Shown in pieces: positions 12,216-27,339 of a stretch of 64,000 nt of DNA (the first letter of the stretch is position 1; every line of letters starts with the position of its first letter). The position numbers were made by a program, and so were the translations under genes. The notes beneath the pieces are model-generated. The model was not told where the DNA came from. It was given only the letters and a program-made list of their open reading frames with translations, and did no database searches. This DNA is from the human T2T-CHM13v2.0 reference genome, Homo sapiens: assembly GCF_009914755.1 (NCBI RefSeq), contig NC_060926.1. One strand, written 5' to 3'.

Positions 12216-14368
12216 CGATATGGTTTGGCTGTGTCCCCACCCAAATCTCATCTTGAATTGTAACTCCCATAATTCCCATGTGTCATGGGAGGGGCCAAGT
12301 GGGAGGTAATTGAATCATGGGGCTGGTCTTTCCCATGCTATTCTTGTGATAGTAACAAGTCTCATGAGAGCTGATGGTTTCATGAAGGGGCAGTCCCCTG
12401 CACACACTCTCTTGCCTGCCACCAAGTAAGTCATGGCTTTCCTCCTCCTTTACCTTCCACCGTGATTGTGAGGCTTCCCCAGCTATGTGGAACTGTGAGT
12501 CCATTAAATCGCTTTTCTTTCTAAATTAGCCAGTCTCGGGTATGTCTTTATTAGCAGCATGAGAACAGACTAATACAGTAAATTGGTGCCAGGAGTGGGG
12601 TGCTGCTGTAAAGATACCAGAAAATATGGAGGCAACTTTGGAACTGGATAACAGGCAGAGGTTGGAACAGTTTGGAGGACTCAGAAAAAGACAGGAAAAT
12701 GTTGGAAAGTTTGGAACTTCCTAGAGACTCATTGAATGGCTTTGACTAAAATGCTGACAGTGATATGGACAATAAAGTCCAGGCTGTGGTGGACTCAGAT
12801 GGAGATGAGGAAATTGTTGGGAACTGTAGTAAAGGTTGCCTTTGCTATGCAAAGAGACTGGCAGCATTTTGCCTCTGCTCTAGAGATCTGTGGAACTTTG
12901 AAATTGAGAGAGATGATTTAGGGTATCTGGTGGAAGAAATTTCTAAGCAGCAAAGCACTCAAGAGGTGACAGAGCGTAGAAGTTCGGAAAATTTGCAGCC
13001 CAATGATGCAATAGGAGAGAAAACGCCATTTTCTGGGGAGAAATTCCAGCCAACTGCAGAAATATGCATAAGTAATGAGGAGCCAAATGCTAATCACCAA
13101 GACAATGGGGAAAATGTCTCCAGGCCCTGTCAGAGACCTTCATGGCAGCCCCTCCCATCACAGGCCTAGAGGCGTAGGACGGAAAAAATGGTTTTGTGGA
13201 CTGGGCCCAGGACACCTCTGCTCTATGCAGCCTTCAAACAGGGTGCTCTGCATCCCAGCTGTTTCAGCTTCAGCCATGAGGTCAGTGTACAGCTCAGGCT
13301 GTTGCTTCAGAGGATGCAAGCACCAAACCTTTGCAGCTTACAAGTGGTGTTGGGCCTGTGGGTGCAAAGAAGTCAAGAACTGAAGTTTTGGAACCTCTGC
13401 CTAGATTTCGGAGGATGTTTGGAAATGCCTGGATGCCCAGGCAGAAGTTTGCTTCAGGGATGGGGCCCTCATGGAGAACCTCTGCTAGGGCAGTGCAGAA
13501 GGAAAATGTGGGGTCAGATCCCCCACACAGAGTCCCTACTGAGGCATTGCCTAGTGGAGCTGTGAGAAGAGGGCCACTGTTCTCCAGATCCCAGAATGGT
13601 AGGTCCACCAACAGCTTGCACCATGCACCTGGAAAAGCCACTGACACTCAATACCAGCCATAAAAGCAACCAGAAATGGGGCTGTACTCTGAAAAGTCCC
13701 CCTTGTGGCAGAGCTGCCCAAGGCCGGGGAAGCTTATCTCTTGCATCAGCATGACCTGGATGTGAGACGTGGAGTGAAAAGACATCATTTCAGAGCTTTA
13801 AGATGTGACTGCCCTAACTCCTTCATTTTGGCCAATTTCTCTCATTTGGAATGGTTGTATTAATAACTTGCTTTTGATTATACAGGCTCTCAGGCAGAAT
13901 GGACTTGCCTTGTGTCAGATGAGACTTTGGACTGTGGACTTCTGAGTTAATGCTGAAATGAGTTAAGACTTTGGGGTACTGTTGGGAAAGCATGATTGGT
14001 TTTGATATGTAAAGACATGAGATTTGGGAGGGGCTAGTGGTGGAATGATATGGTTTGGCTGTGTCCCCATCCAAATCTCATCTTGAATTTTAGCTCCCAT
14101 AATTCCCACATGTCATGGGAGGGACCCAGTGGGAGGTAATTGAATCATGGGGGCAGGTCTTTCCCATGCTGTTCTTGTGATAGGGATAAGTCTCATGAGA
14201 GCTGATGATTTCATAAAGGGGAGTTCCCTGCACATGCTCTCTTGCCTGCTTCCATGTAAGTCATGCCTTTTTTCCTCCCTTGCCTTCTGCCATGATTGTG
14301 AGGCCTCCCCAGCCATGTGGAACTGTGAGTCCATTACACTTCTTTCCTTTCTGAGAACAAACTAATAA
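12216..14368 (+). mobile_element. Full-length THE1 (MaLR) element: LTR 12216-12577, internal 12578-14045, LTR 14046-14368
   Basis: Two highly similar LTRs (gatatggtttggctgtgtcccca..), THE1-int start gtaaattggtgccagg, purine tract before the 3' LTR, TSD GATCT/GACCT. Confidence 0.92.
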
Positions 14369-16373
14369 GACCTGGATAAATTTTTTTAAGTTACCTCTAT
14401 TTAAAGGCACAATAAAATGCTCAAGAACAGAGAGAAGCTGCTGGAGAGTTTATTCTTTAAAACTGCAAATGGAGAAGGAAAGAATTGTGAGTTTGTGACA
14501 TTCTGGCCTGAGGGCACTCCCCAACTTTCAGGGTCAAGGCAACAAAAAACTATAGCCTAACTGGCTCAAGGTGCCAGAAATAAGAGTTCAGGGCTAGAAA
14601 AAAAGTGGAAGTTTAAAGAAAAACGCTCAGCATCAAGAAACTACAGTAAGAGTGAATCATAAAACCTAAGTATGAACTTTGCCCTGATTCCTAGCTAGCC
14701 CCTAAATTAGGCATGTACAAGAGAGAACCCAGGGAACTCTGTGAAAAAATTAGGCAGAAACTAGAGAGGAATCTACTGTTCAGAAACAAAGCTGCACAGG
14801 GAAAGGTCTGTGTGTTTGCTGCTTTTTAACTGAAATGCATTTGCAAGCCATGTGCAGCTTGGGCAGCAGTAATCTAATGTCTTATGGGCTTAAAGTACCA
14901 GGGGACAGAACCCAAGTCTAGAAAAACAGATGGAAATTTAAGCAAGGGAACCACTAAAAGAGTGAGCCCTCAAAGCTGCCCAAATCCCTGGATGACCACT
15001 ATATTATGTAGGCATAGGGAAAACACCCAAGGTGCCAGGATAAAAGCAGCAATTTGAAGCCATAAGAACAGACTAGAGATGTGAACTCCTTCATATTACA
15101 AGAGAAAAAAGTTTGCAGTTTGAGTCCAGGCAAGTTGACTGCCTACTAGAATTGAAAATAAAAAATTAAGTGTACGAAAAACAACCACACACACACACAC
15201 AAGAAAAACCCTTAAGAACACAACAGAATCCAGAATCACTAGAATATATTGCCTGCAGTCCAATTTTGAACCAAAATTTAGTAGGCATGCAAAGAAACAG
15301 GAAAATGTATTCTATTCTTATGATAAAAGACAAACATTCAATAAAAATTTTGATTTATTCCAGTTGTTGTATAGCAGACATCAAAGTAGCTACTATAAAA
15401 GAAAGAGTATCAATGAAGAAATGGGTAATCTCAATACAGAAATGAAGGTATTAAAATGCCAGTGGAAAATTCGAGAGCTAAAAGTTACTACATAAAGTAC
15501 ACTAAATAGACTGAGCAGCAAAATGGAAAAGGCAGAAGAATTATTGAATTTGAATATAGATTGATAAAATTTACTCAATCCAAAAAAACAAATAAAAAGG
15601 GAAAGAATATTGAAAAAAGTTAACAGAACCTCAGAGACCCATGGAATAATTTCAGGCATTTCAAATTATGTATAATTGGAGACCTAGAAGAGGAGGAGAT
15701 AGAAAAAGAGAAAGAAAAAAAAAATCACTGGAGACAAAATAACTGAAAACTTCCAAAATGTGGTAGAAAATGTTAATAGATTCGAGAAGCCTAAGGAACC
15801 TCAAAACATGATAAACATAAAGAAATTACTCCTACACACATCATAGTCAGACTGCTAACAAGGAAATATTGAAACCAGAGAAAAGAACCACATATTACAG
15901 TCAGAGGAAGATTGACATGATTACAGATGACTTCTCAACAAAAGCTATAGGCACTGGAGGATATTGGAATGGCATAGTGCAAAAAGAAAAGAATTTAAGA
16001 ACCTATCAGCAAAGAATTGTATATGCAGTAAAACTAGCCTTCAAAATGAAGGTGAGAGGAGTTCCACTTCCAGTATATTCAAATAAATTCTTAAGAAAGA
16101 CCCTCCACCAAAGTAAGCAGATTCTGATGTGGTGAGCATCCTGTTATTACATATTTTAGCTTAAGGGCAGGCTAAGAAAAGACATGGTAAGTACCACACG
16201 TGGAGGCTTAAACTCTGAATGAAGACTTACAGTCTTTCTGGCTTGAAAAACCAGAAAACAGAGTTTGGGAAAACTACAGCTCTTAGAGTATACAGAGAGA
16301 ATAACAGCAAGGAAAGATCCAAAGACAAGGAGCCATAGATTTTGTGCATAAACTTGGCCCACGTCTCTGACAC

Positions 16374-16667
16374 TTTTTTTTTTTTTAGACTAAATCTTGC
16401 TCTGTCACGTAGGTTGGAGTCCAGTTGTGCAATCTTAGCTCACTGCAATCTCTGCCTCCCAAGTTCAAACCATTCTCCTGCCTCAGCTTCCCAAGTAGCT
16501 GGGACTACAGGAATGCACCACCACACTCAGCTAATTTTTGTATTTTTAGTAGAGATGAGGTTTCGCTGTGTTGGCCAGACTAGTCTTGAACTCCTGACCT
16601 CAAGTGATCCACCCATGTCAGCTTCCCAGAGTGCTGGGATTAGAGGTGTGAGTCACCACAGCCAGCC
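16374..16667 (-). mobile_element. Alu (AluS-like)
   Basis: Poly-T followed by reverse-complement Alu. Confidence 0.95.
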
Positions 16668-18683
16668 TCTAACTTCTTAACCATATATGCACAGACAGAT
16701 TGCAAACAGATCAATTAAGGGTAAGAGAGCTAAATTGAAATTTTAACTGCCACTCAAGAGGCAGCATTTTCAGTATAAGTTCAAGAAAGTTAATTGTCTG
16801 CTAAAACAAAAATAACAAGTCTTCTGAGGAATGTAACAGAATTCAGAGTCTCTACAACCTAACATTTATAAAGTATGGGTTAAAATTCTAAGTTATTCAC
16901 CATGTAACCATGAAAATGTGATCTCCCAGTTTCCAAAGAAAAAATATAAGCCAATTAACCCTGAGATGATCCAGCTGTTGGATTATCAGACAAGGACTTC
17001 ATGGCAGCTATAATAACTATGTTCATTAAAGTCAAAGAAAATATGCTTATAATAAACTATTAAAAAACAAACAAATGAAAATTCCAGAACTAAAAAATAC
17101 AATGTCTTAATGTTAAAAAAAAAAAATCCACTGGATGGGCTTAAGAACAGAATAGAAATGACAGAGGAGTCAGTGGCTCTGAGACTGATCAATAGAAATT
17201 GTCAAATCTGAAAAAGAGATACAAGATTTAAATAAATAGGACTTCAGAAACTGTGGGGAAATACACACTTTGTAATCCGAGTTTTAAGATGAGAAGAGAG
17301 AGATAACGGGGAAAAATATTTGGAGAAATAATGGCTGTAAATCTCTCAAATTTGTCTAAAGATGTAAATTTATAGATCCAAGAAGTTCAGTGAATCCCAG
17401 AGTAAATAGGAAGTAAATCATTCCGTCATAGTCACAATGTTGAAAACCAAACAAGGAGAAAAAAATCTTGACAGCTGCCAGAATAAAAAACGACACATCA
17501 CATAAAGGGGAATAATAATTAGAAACCACTGGCTTTTCATCAGCACCTATAAAGGCGATGCCCCTGCAGTGGGACAACATCATTAAAGTGCTGAAAGAAA
17601 AGAAAACCTCTCAACCCAAAATTCCACATCAAGTGAAAATAACCTCAAAAATTAGAGCAAAATGAAGACTTTTGCAGATAAAAGTAAGCCAAAAGAATAT
17701 ATCATCAGAAGAATTGCACTGTAAGAAATGCTAAAGGAAATTCCTCAGGCTGATGGGAATTGATAGAAAACAGAAAATCGTATCTTAAGGTTGAGATGAA
17801 CGGGATCTGAAATAACAATTACCCAGGTGAATATTTTCAAATATTTTTCTGTGTATTTCCTTAATATACATATAGTTATAATACACATGGCGACATGGCA
17901 ACTATGGCACAAATAGGAACACGTGGAGGGGTGAATGGACATACATGGTTGCAAGGCTTTTGCTTCTTATATAGTTGTAGATTTTAACTTCTTTCTCTCA
18001 ACACTTCCTAGAACAAGTAGACCAAAACCAAAAACCAGTAGAGATTATCTCAACCATCTTGACCTGTATGCCAAATCCCAGATAATATATTTATTTTCAA
18101 GTATGCTTGTTGCTTTCACCAAGTCAGTCCATGTGCTTGGCCATAAACCAAGTTCCAATAAATTTAAAAGAATTGCAGTCATATAAAGTGTGTTCTTGGC
18201 CCACAGTGAAATTAAATGAAAAGCCAATAACAATAAAATATTTATGAAAATCTCAAAATATTTGGAAATGAGACATATATTTCTAAAAATCCATGCAACA
18301 AAGAAGAAATCGCAAGGTAAAATGACAACCACAAAAATTAGTTATTTGAAATAAACAAACAACATAGATAAACCTCTAATTAGCAAGAAAAAAGAGAAAA
18401 CACAAATACAAAGGGGTTATCACTACTAGAGTGCATACAGACATTCAAATCATAATAAAATAATATTATGGACAAACTATTTCCTGAAAATTCAAAAATG
18501 AAGATAAAATAAACCTTGAAGAATATAACCAACCAAAACTGACATAAAATGAAACAAAGTATAAATTACCTTATATCTATGAAAGAAAGTAAATTTGCTA
18601 TCAAAACCCTTTTTACAAAAGAAGCTCCAGGCCCAGATGGTTTAGCTGGTGAATTTTATCAAATATTTGAAGACAAAATTATA

Positions 18684-18981
18684 GGCTGGGCATGGCAGCT
18701 TACACCTGTAATGCCAGCACTTTGGGAGGCTGAGGCAGGAGGATTGCTTGAACTCAGGATTTCGAGACCAGCCTGGGAAACATAGTAAGACCCCATCTCT
18801 ACAAAAAATAAAATAATTAGCCAGGCGTGGTGGCATGCACCTGTGGTCCCAGTTAGGAGGCTGGAGTGGGAGGATCACTTGAGCCCAGAAGGTCGAGGCT
18901 GCAGTGAGCCAAGATTGTGCCACTGCACTCCAGCCTGGGCAACAGAGTGAGACCCTATCTCAAGAAAATAAATAAATAAAT
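18684..18981 (+). mobile_element. AluJ-like
   Basis: Dimeric Alu with J-type features (ggatcacttgagccc), (AAAT)n tail. Confidence 0.93.
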
Positions 18982-19039
18982 ATGAAATAATAACAATCTT
19001 ACACAAACTCTTTCAGAAAATGGGGGAGGAATAGGGGAA

Positions 19040-19200
19040 GGGGCCAGAAGTCAAGCAATGCAGACAGCCTCTAGAAGCCAGAAAAGATAAACAGATTCTC
19101 AACCTGAAGCTTTGAGAAGAAGGCTGCCAACACCATGATTTTAAGAATTCTGACCTCTGGAAATGCAAGAGAATAAATTTCTGTTGTTTTGAGTCACTTG
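19040..19200 (+). mobile_element. MLT1 MaLR LTR 3' fragment
   Basis: cagcctctagaagc..gattctc..ttctgacctctggaa..aataaatttctgttgttttgagtcac. Confidence 0.7.
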
Positions 19201-19217
19201 AAAAAAAAAAAAAAGTA

Positions 19218-19540
<323 letters not shown>

Positions 19541-19878
19541 AAAGAAAATAAGGGAGAAGGTAACATTTCTCAACTCGTTTTATGAGCCCAGTTCAACTCA
19601 AATCTCAACAAAGATTACAATGAAAGCAAATTAGTATATAAGCAAATCAAAGCCAGTAATGCCTAAAACAGAAGCTAACTCTGTCATGACCAAGTTAAAT
19701 TCATACAAGAAATAAAAGACTGTTTTAACAATCAAAACTCTATGTAATTCAGTTAATTCCAGTTGAAGAGCTCTTCTGAATAGGTGGAGAAAAATGTATT
19801 TGACATAATTCAAGATCCATTCACAATACAAACTTTCAGGAAAACAGGAAAAGAACTTCCTCAAACTGATGAAGGGCA

Positions 19879-20414
19879 TGGTTATAGAAATCAGTCAAAG
19901 ACAACCTCTGTGTGTTGGTCTCTAGGTTGTTTATTTCTTCTGTACTAGATGAGACCTGTTAGCTCAAAGTCTGTCAGCAACAAACTCAAATTTTTGCACA
20001 TCCAATTATTCTTAAAATGCTTGTTTTAAAAAACAAGCATACGTTCAGCCATTTATATTCTGTGTGCTTCACGTACCCCACGAAACCTCATCCGACAGCT
20101 GTTACCTATTGCTCAGATAGGGCCCTGACATTGTAAGCCCTGAAACCACTGCTGCCCTTCAGGGGTTTCTAACAGAGACTCCCCACTATGCTACTGAGCA
20201 ACATCACCAAGGCACCTGTTTCTGATGCCCTGTCTCTTGCCCTCCTTCTGTGGGTGGCCCCTTACCACAAGCCTCTGGGAGGTCTCATGCTACAAGGGAC
20301 CTCACCTCTCATTCAACCCTGTCCAAGTGCCACCCAATAAAGTTTTGTGTGTGTTACTGCCACTCATGGTGATATTTTTTTTCTTGATCAGTCCCCAAAT
20401 CCCTCGAACCCCCT
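19879..20414 (+). mobile_element. ERV-type solo LTR inserted in L1 (family uncertain)
   Basis: About 530-bp non-L1 block with AATAAA near its 3' end; L1 ORF2 resumes on both sides. Confidence 0.55.
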
Positions 20415-21804
20415 ATAAATATCCACAAAAAAAATCTACAGGTATCATCATACTTAACAGTGAATCAATGAATGCTTTTCTGCTATGATTGGGAACAAGC
20501 CAAGGATGCCCACTGTGACCACTTCTGTTAAACATTGTACTGAGCAAGGTCCTGGCCACTGCAATAAGGCAAGAAAAAGAAAAGGCATAAAGATCAGGAA
20601 AAAAGCAAAAATATTTATATTTGCTAGGTCATAATTATTTATATAGAAACTCCTAAGACATATTCACTACTACTATTAGAATTTATAAGTGACTTTAGCA
20701 AAGTTGCAGGATATAAAGTCAATATACAAAACTCAATTGTATTTCTATGTATAAATAACAAGTCATTGAAAATAAAATCTTAAAATTTTTAATTTAAAAT
20801 AGTGTCAAAAACCACAAAGTATTTAGTAATAAATTTAGCCAAAGAAGAACCTCTACCTTGAAAACTAAAACATTCTTCAGAGAAATTAAAGATCAAAATA
20901 AGTAGATAAATCAAGTTCATAGATTGGGGGGAAAAGATCAACATTATTAAGATGTCAATTCTCCCCCAAACCTCTATAAATTCAATGATATTCCACACAT
21001 AGTTCCAGCAGGTTTGTTGACAGAAACTAGGAATCTTATTCTAAAATACATGTAGAAATATAAAGGAACTAAAATTTCCAAATCATTCTTAATAAAATAC
21101 CATGAAGTTGGGGGATTTAACCTACCTCATCTCAAGGCCTACTTTAAAGCTACATTAAACAATAAGGTGTGGTTTTGGTGAAAGGATTGCCATATAGATC
21201 AACTGAATGAAAAATAGTCCAAAAAAGGACCCACACACATATATGGTCAACTGATTTTCAACAAAAGTCCCAAGGCAATTTGATGGGGCAGAGAAAGTCT
21301 TTTCAACAAATGATAATTAGAAAAACTGGATATTCATATGGGGAAAAAATGACCATAAACAATAAATCACACCATAAATAAAAATTCACAGGAAATAGAT
21401 TAGATCATAGACATAAATGTAAAAGCTAAAACTACAAAATATCTAAAACTTAGGAAGAAATATTTGTGACCATGGAGGTAGGCTAATGTTTATTTGTCAA
21501 GTTACAAAAATCACTAAACATAAACGAAAAAATTGATGTTTGTCTCCATTAAAATTCGAAACTTCTACTCAAAAAAAGATACTAACAAGGAAACAAATAA
21601 GCAAACCACAGACGGAGAGAAAATATTTGCAATACGTATTATTTGATAAAGGACTGGTTTCTAGGATATAAAATAACTCTTACAACTCAGTAGTAAAAAG
21701 GCAAACAACCCTTTTTTTTTAATGGGCAAGATCTTAAAAGTGGATCTATGACTGGCCATAAGTACATGAAGAGTAGATCTCCATCATTAGCCATCAGGGA
21801 AATT

Positions 21805-22120
21805 ATGGTAGTCACCAGGAAAAACCTTATGTGTCAATTTAGCTAGGCCACGGTGCTCAGTTATTCAAGAAAACACTTCTAGGTATTGTGAAGGTATCTT
21901 GTAGATGGGATTGAGGTCCATGGTCAGTTGACGTTAAACAAGGGAAGCTATCCTAGATAATCTGGGTGGGCCTGGCTCAATCAGTCGAAAGGCCTTAAGA
22001 ACAGACCTGATGTATTGTGTCCTTTATGAAGAAGAAATTCCATCTGTGGGCAGCAGTTCCTGCCCGTGCCCAAGAGTCTCAGCCTGCCCTTCCTGACTGC
22101 CTGCCCCACACATTTCACTT
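21805..22120 (+). mobile_element. MLT2 (ERVL) LTR fragment
   Basis: ttatgtgtcaatttagctaggccac..gggtgggcctggctcaatcagtcgaaaggccttaag. Confidence 0.75.
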
Positions 22121-23001
22121 TGGCTGGGCTGCAGAGTGTAAAGATGGGTGATAAGAAGGATGTCGTTTGACAGCCTTCAGGAAATGCTACCAGAGAGGCT
22201 GACTCCATCTGAATGATGCTGTACTGTGATCTCCGGACCTATGAGAACTAAGGCAGAAACATCACATACCCTACAACATCTGGGACTGCTGCTCTCACGT
22301 GGGTCTCCTGGCACATTAGAGTCACCATCTTCCAAGGGAGGGACTGCATGGAGCTATTCAAGGTGCAGGGGATATTCTAATGCTAGACAGCCAACATCAG
22401 ACATTTGCTTACACCCATTTCCAGCCCCCAGCCTCCAAGGGGAAGCTCAGGTCTAACTAAGGGGCTCTTTTCCCTTACTTTCCTAAGGGCTGGGATTTAC
22501 TTGGAGGATGGTGGTCCGGAGACTTATAGTCCCAGGACTGCTCTAGGAAGTGGATTGAATAATTCTCTCTCCCCTCTTTACCACATCTCCTCTCCTTGTT
22601 AATTTATTTATCCTACACCTTGTGCCCATCAGAGAAACATCTCGTTTGCTGTTTTGCTGTGACTGAGATCCTGAAAATCACATCAGGTTGCACCAACTCT
22701 CAATTCTTAAGGTCCATCTGGTGCCTTTGCTCCCTGGGCACTGATCTGCCTCCAGCCTACTTTCTGTATGAGTTGTCTGTATTCATATTTGTATTGTTCT
22801 AGACACACCTCTGGGAAGGTTTCTGCTCACTCCCCATCAAAGCTTGGAAGCCGTGGCAAGGCGGTATTTCATCAGGAATCTTCACTGGGCAAGCCTTCTC
22901 TGAGCCTTGCAAGAATGTGGTACTACAAAAGCTTTGCTTTTAATTCAAAGGTTGGGATACCCCCATGCTCCTGGAGGTGGCCTTTTTCACTTTTTTTGTA
23001 A

Positions 23002-23453
<452 letters not shown>

Positions 23454-25563
23454 TGAATATAAATAATTCACTTCCTGCCCGGAATCCAAAATGAGATTCT
23501 ATATATGTGAGTCTTCCCAAAACTCCATCCTTACCTGTAGAACCAAGGAGAAACTGTGCAAGGTGGCAATTACTCCCCACAGTGGAGGTCTGCAACTTTA
23601 ACTTGCCTATGCATGGCCCTGGTGACAATGCAGAATCCCAAGCCCTGTCCCAAGAGATTTGAATTTAGTGGGCCTGGAGTGGCACCTGTCATTCTGTGTT
23701 TTTCACACACTCCTGAGCAGGATGGCAGCAAATCATCCTTGGGGAACCAAAACCTAAGTAGGTGATCAGAGAGGAGATGCCTGCCCACTATGCTTCTCCC
23801 CTCTCAGGCCTGAGCCGTGAGCATCCTCAAGTTGAGCCCCAGGAGAATTCAAGGACCTCCAAGATCCAGAGCCTGTTTTGCTTCTTCACTTAGAGGCTTG
23901 TAGTCAGTACAGAAGATCCTCTAGGCACTTGTGAGCCTGCCTCACAGGGCAGTCCTGAAGGTAAACTGGATAGAGGGCTTAGAACAGGATCTGGCACACA
24001 GTGACAACTCAATTAACGTTAGCCGTTGCTCTCCCCATGACCATGGTCATTGCTGGTGCCATCACTAACACTCCTACCAAGAGATGGCAAGGAGAAGGTT
24101 CCTGAGTGACCTCTCCAGCCCCTACCATGTGAGAAAGAGGACCCCACTCTAAGCAGGCAAGAGCTGTGCAAAACAAATTAAAATCATGAGTCTAGCATCA
24201 GCACCACACCCCTTCCATCTCATCTCCCTCACACTGGGAGTCTTTTCCAAGCTTCTCATCTCTGCAGGAGCAGCCCAGGCATTTCACCCAGCAGGAGACC
24301 ATCCTCCACTAAGGTTAGAGGACCCTTCTCCAAGACTGTTTCTCCCTACCTGCCCCTGTAATCTCTAAATCCCCTTCCCGTCATCCCAGACAACGTTCAG
24401 CATCCCACTCTGATCCAACCCCCTTCACCAAGTGGAGGCCCTCACCAAGCCCCCTTCTGAAGTCAAAGTGCTGTGAATCTTCCCCAGGACATCAATGACT
24501 GTGCTGAGCCTTAGCCCCCTTCCCACTGTTCCCAGCACAGTCCTTCAGCAGCAAGTCAACCTGCATTCCAGGGGCAAATGGCTGTGTCTTGCTCCCCTAG
24601 TCTGTGCACAAACAGTAGTCTTTGTCAGAATGTGATGAGGTGGGCATACTGTACATACAGCCAAGCACATAATAGGTGCTCAGTGGAATGAATGGACCTT
24701 CATTTAAGCATCCTTGCTTGTGGGCTTCAAAATTCTCTGACTAGAGTATGTGTACTTTAGAGAAACAACTCACGGCAGACCCCCAGCAGTGGCCAGCCTC
24801 TCCAGTCAGCGCCTCTGAGGAACGGGGAATGGAGAGGAAGAGCGGCCTGGAGGCAGCAGGAACCCCCTACCCTGTCCGTTCTGACTTGGCCTCGGGTAAA
24901 GAGTCACATGTAGTATGGCCTGGCCATACATGTCCCATTACATGACCTGTAGTCACCAGCCGTTTTGCCTCTAATTGATGGTATTTTGCATTTTAGGCCC
25001 AATACCTTCTAATAAAAGGATACTGGTTTCATAATGGCTAATAAAACAATGAGAGGTAGGCCAGATGCTACAATCAGGAATAAAATGGGACACCCAATTC
25101 TCAGAGTGTCTGGCCAGTGTCTGTTTATCAATGTGCCCACCTGAAAGGAAGAAGTCTAATCAAGCTCACAATTCACCCCTGATTTGCTGTTTGGGGGCAA
25201 CCAATGAGATAAGGCAGGAAATCTTAACCTCATTCACAATGAAGAGATGAGCGTTGGTGACTTCTTAGTAGTTACCCCATCTGAAAGCTGGCCATCCCAA
25301 ATAAGGTCAAGTGGTCACACCCTCTTGTTTCTCCCAGCCTGTTAATCTTTCCAGGCCAGAGCGTGTCTCACTCTGAAGACAGGTTTAAATGCACTGCGGT
25401 CCTCACAGCCACATCACCAACCTTTTTAGGGGCTGAGAGTTCACACTCCTCTGCCTGGGTATCTGCTGGGAGGATTCTGAGTCCGAGAAGGGCTTGGAGG
25501 CCCAGCTTCCTGATGTGACAGAGACAGCAGAGAAACAGTTTAAATGTGTGGTTAAGAACCCAC

Positions 25564-25635
25564 ACGTTGTGCACATGTACCCTAGAACTTAAAGTATAAT
25601 TATAAAAATAAATAAATAAATAAAAATTAAAAAAA
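25564..25635 (+). mobile_element. Very short 5'-truncated young L1PA 3' end
   Basis: acgttgtgcacatgtaccctagaacttaaagtataat plus A-rich tail, TSD AAGAACCCAC (25554-25563 and 25636-25645). Confidence 0.88.
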
Positions 25636-27339
25636 AAGAACCCACCTCTGATGCTGGCCTAGCTCTACTGATGGTGGGCACCTCAGCTGTGCTTCAGTTT
25701 CTCCTACGCTGTCATGAAAATCAAATGAGTTGACTTAAAAAGTGCTTTGCACACTGTGCAGTAGCGAGTAAGCACTATGGATGTGTCGGCTATCATTACC
25801 ACCAGGGCTCATGTCTTCTCAGCACCTCTCTCTACATTAATAAGCAGGTTTTATCCCTGTAGGATTGTTAGAAGCAATTTTCTGTGAAACGGGCAATGCC
25901 TTGGCTCTCCAAAAATCACAGAACTGTCTGTCTGTTTGATAGTTCTGCGAAATTCTGTACCTGCTTTTTAATAAACTGGAGGCATAATCCAAACCTACTG
26001 GGCTTACCATCTCCTGTCACAATATCGAGGGAACCCAGGGGATCTGCTGGGCAGGAGCTTCAGCTAGACAGAGAGTCGGGACCTGATCGCAAAAGGTGGT
26101 CATTAGTGGACAGCCAGTCAAACTTACCATTTAACCATGAGTTGGTCAGTAGCCATGCTGTACAGAGTGCAGGTCTGAGGAATGGGGTCGGCTGTGTGGG
26201 AGGAGACTTGCTGCAGCCAGTGACTCCGAACAAACCTCCAAGTCCACCTCCTATATCTCCTCTCCTCATTCTTCTTTGACAACCAAAACAAGCATCAGTA
26301 ACAACTGATGGTTATGAGGCCTGTGCAACACACAGAGAATGTGAGCTCACACCAGGCAGGGGAAAACAGCAGAGAAGCCCTCCTCCCCAGGGAAGGTAGA
26401 TGCTGTGGCAGGGGTGGGGGTGGGGAGTAGAGAGGGTGAACCCAGCTAGAGCAACAAGGCCAAGCCTTGGCTCAAAAAAAAAAAAAAAGAAATGAAATGA
26501 AAAAGAGGTAGAAGAAGGAGAAAGAAAGAATAAAAACTGAAACAAGAAAAGGTGGAAGGAATGAAGGAAGGAGGGAGGGAAGAAGGGGCAGAAAAAAAAA
26601 GATAAATTCCTTTATTTGTCCACTTGATTAGACATCAGAATTCAAATAGACAGGGAAAATGCAAAAGCTGCCCTTCACAAAGAGTCACATGGAAATGTAA
26701 AACACCCTTGTCTCCTCTAAAATACATGATTCATTGCTCTGTCACTGCAAATGTGTGTGCTGTGTCCACTCGCAGAGAAGCAGGATATATTTGCATGATT
26801 TAAATGTCTCCTAGATCTTGTGAATAATAAACTGTGAGCCATTCCACAGGGTCTGAATCATGTTCCCTGGAAACCATTCCTTCATGAGCTAACCCCCATG
26901 CCAGGGTCTGAAATTCTCGGAGCCTGTGACTTCTTATTGCTCTGTCCCATTACTCCAGAAAGCAGCAGGGTAAAAACAAATTATGCCCTCTTCCTCAGCA
27001 GCTTTCAAACACTGCCAGTACTTGAGGCCACCTCATCATCATATCAAAGGAGTTAGAGCTAGCCCCTTCCCCCAGGGAATGTTAACATTCAGCATCGTCC
27101 TGAAAGAGGCATGACAATAAACATCTGAGAGTGATAATTGAGTAAAGTGGTTACAGATGGGTGGCGGAAAATAATGACTTTTTCTAAGTAGCATTCACTG
27201 AAATGTGATTATTGTTTTATGATTTTCAAGAGACTTTGACATATGTTATCTCCATTATTTATGTGGTGGGGAAAAACTTCTCCCCTACTTGTATTCCTAG
27301 AGCTCGGTATCCAAAGCCAAGATACACACATTTCGCAGG

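Noticed and set aside
26405-26440. G-quadruplex candidate
   Set aside because: Intergenic G-runs next to a low-complexity purine tract with no functional context
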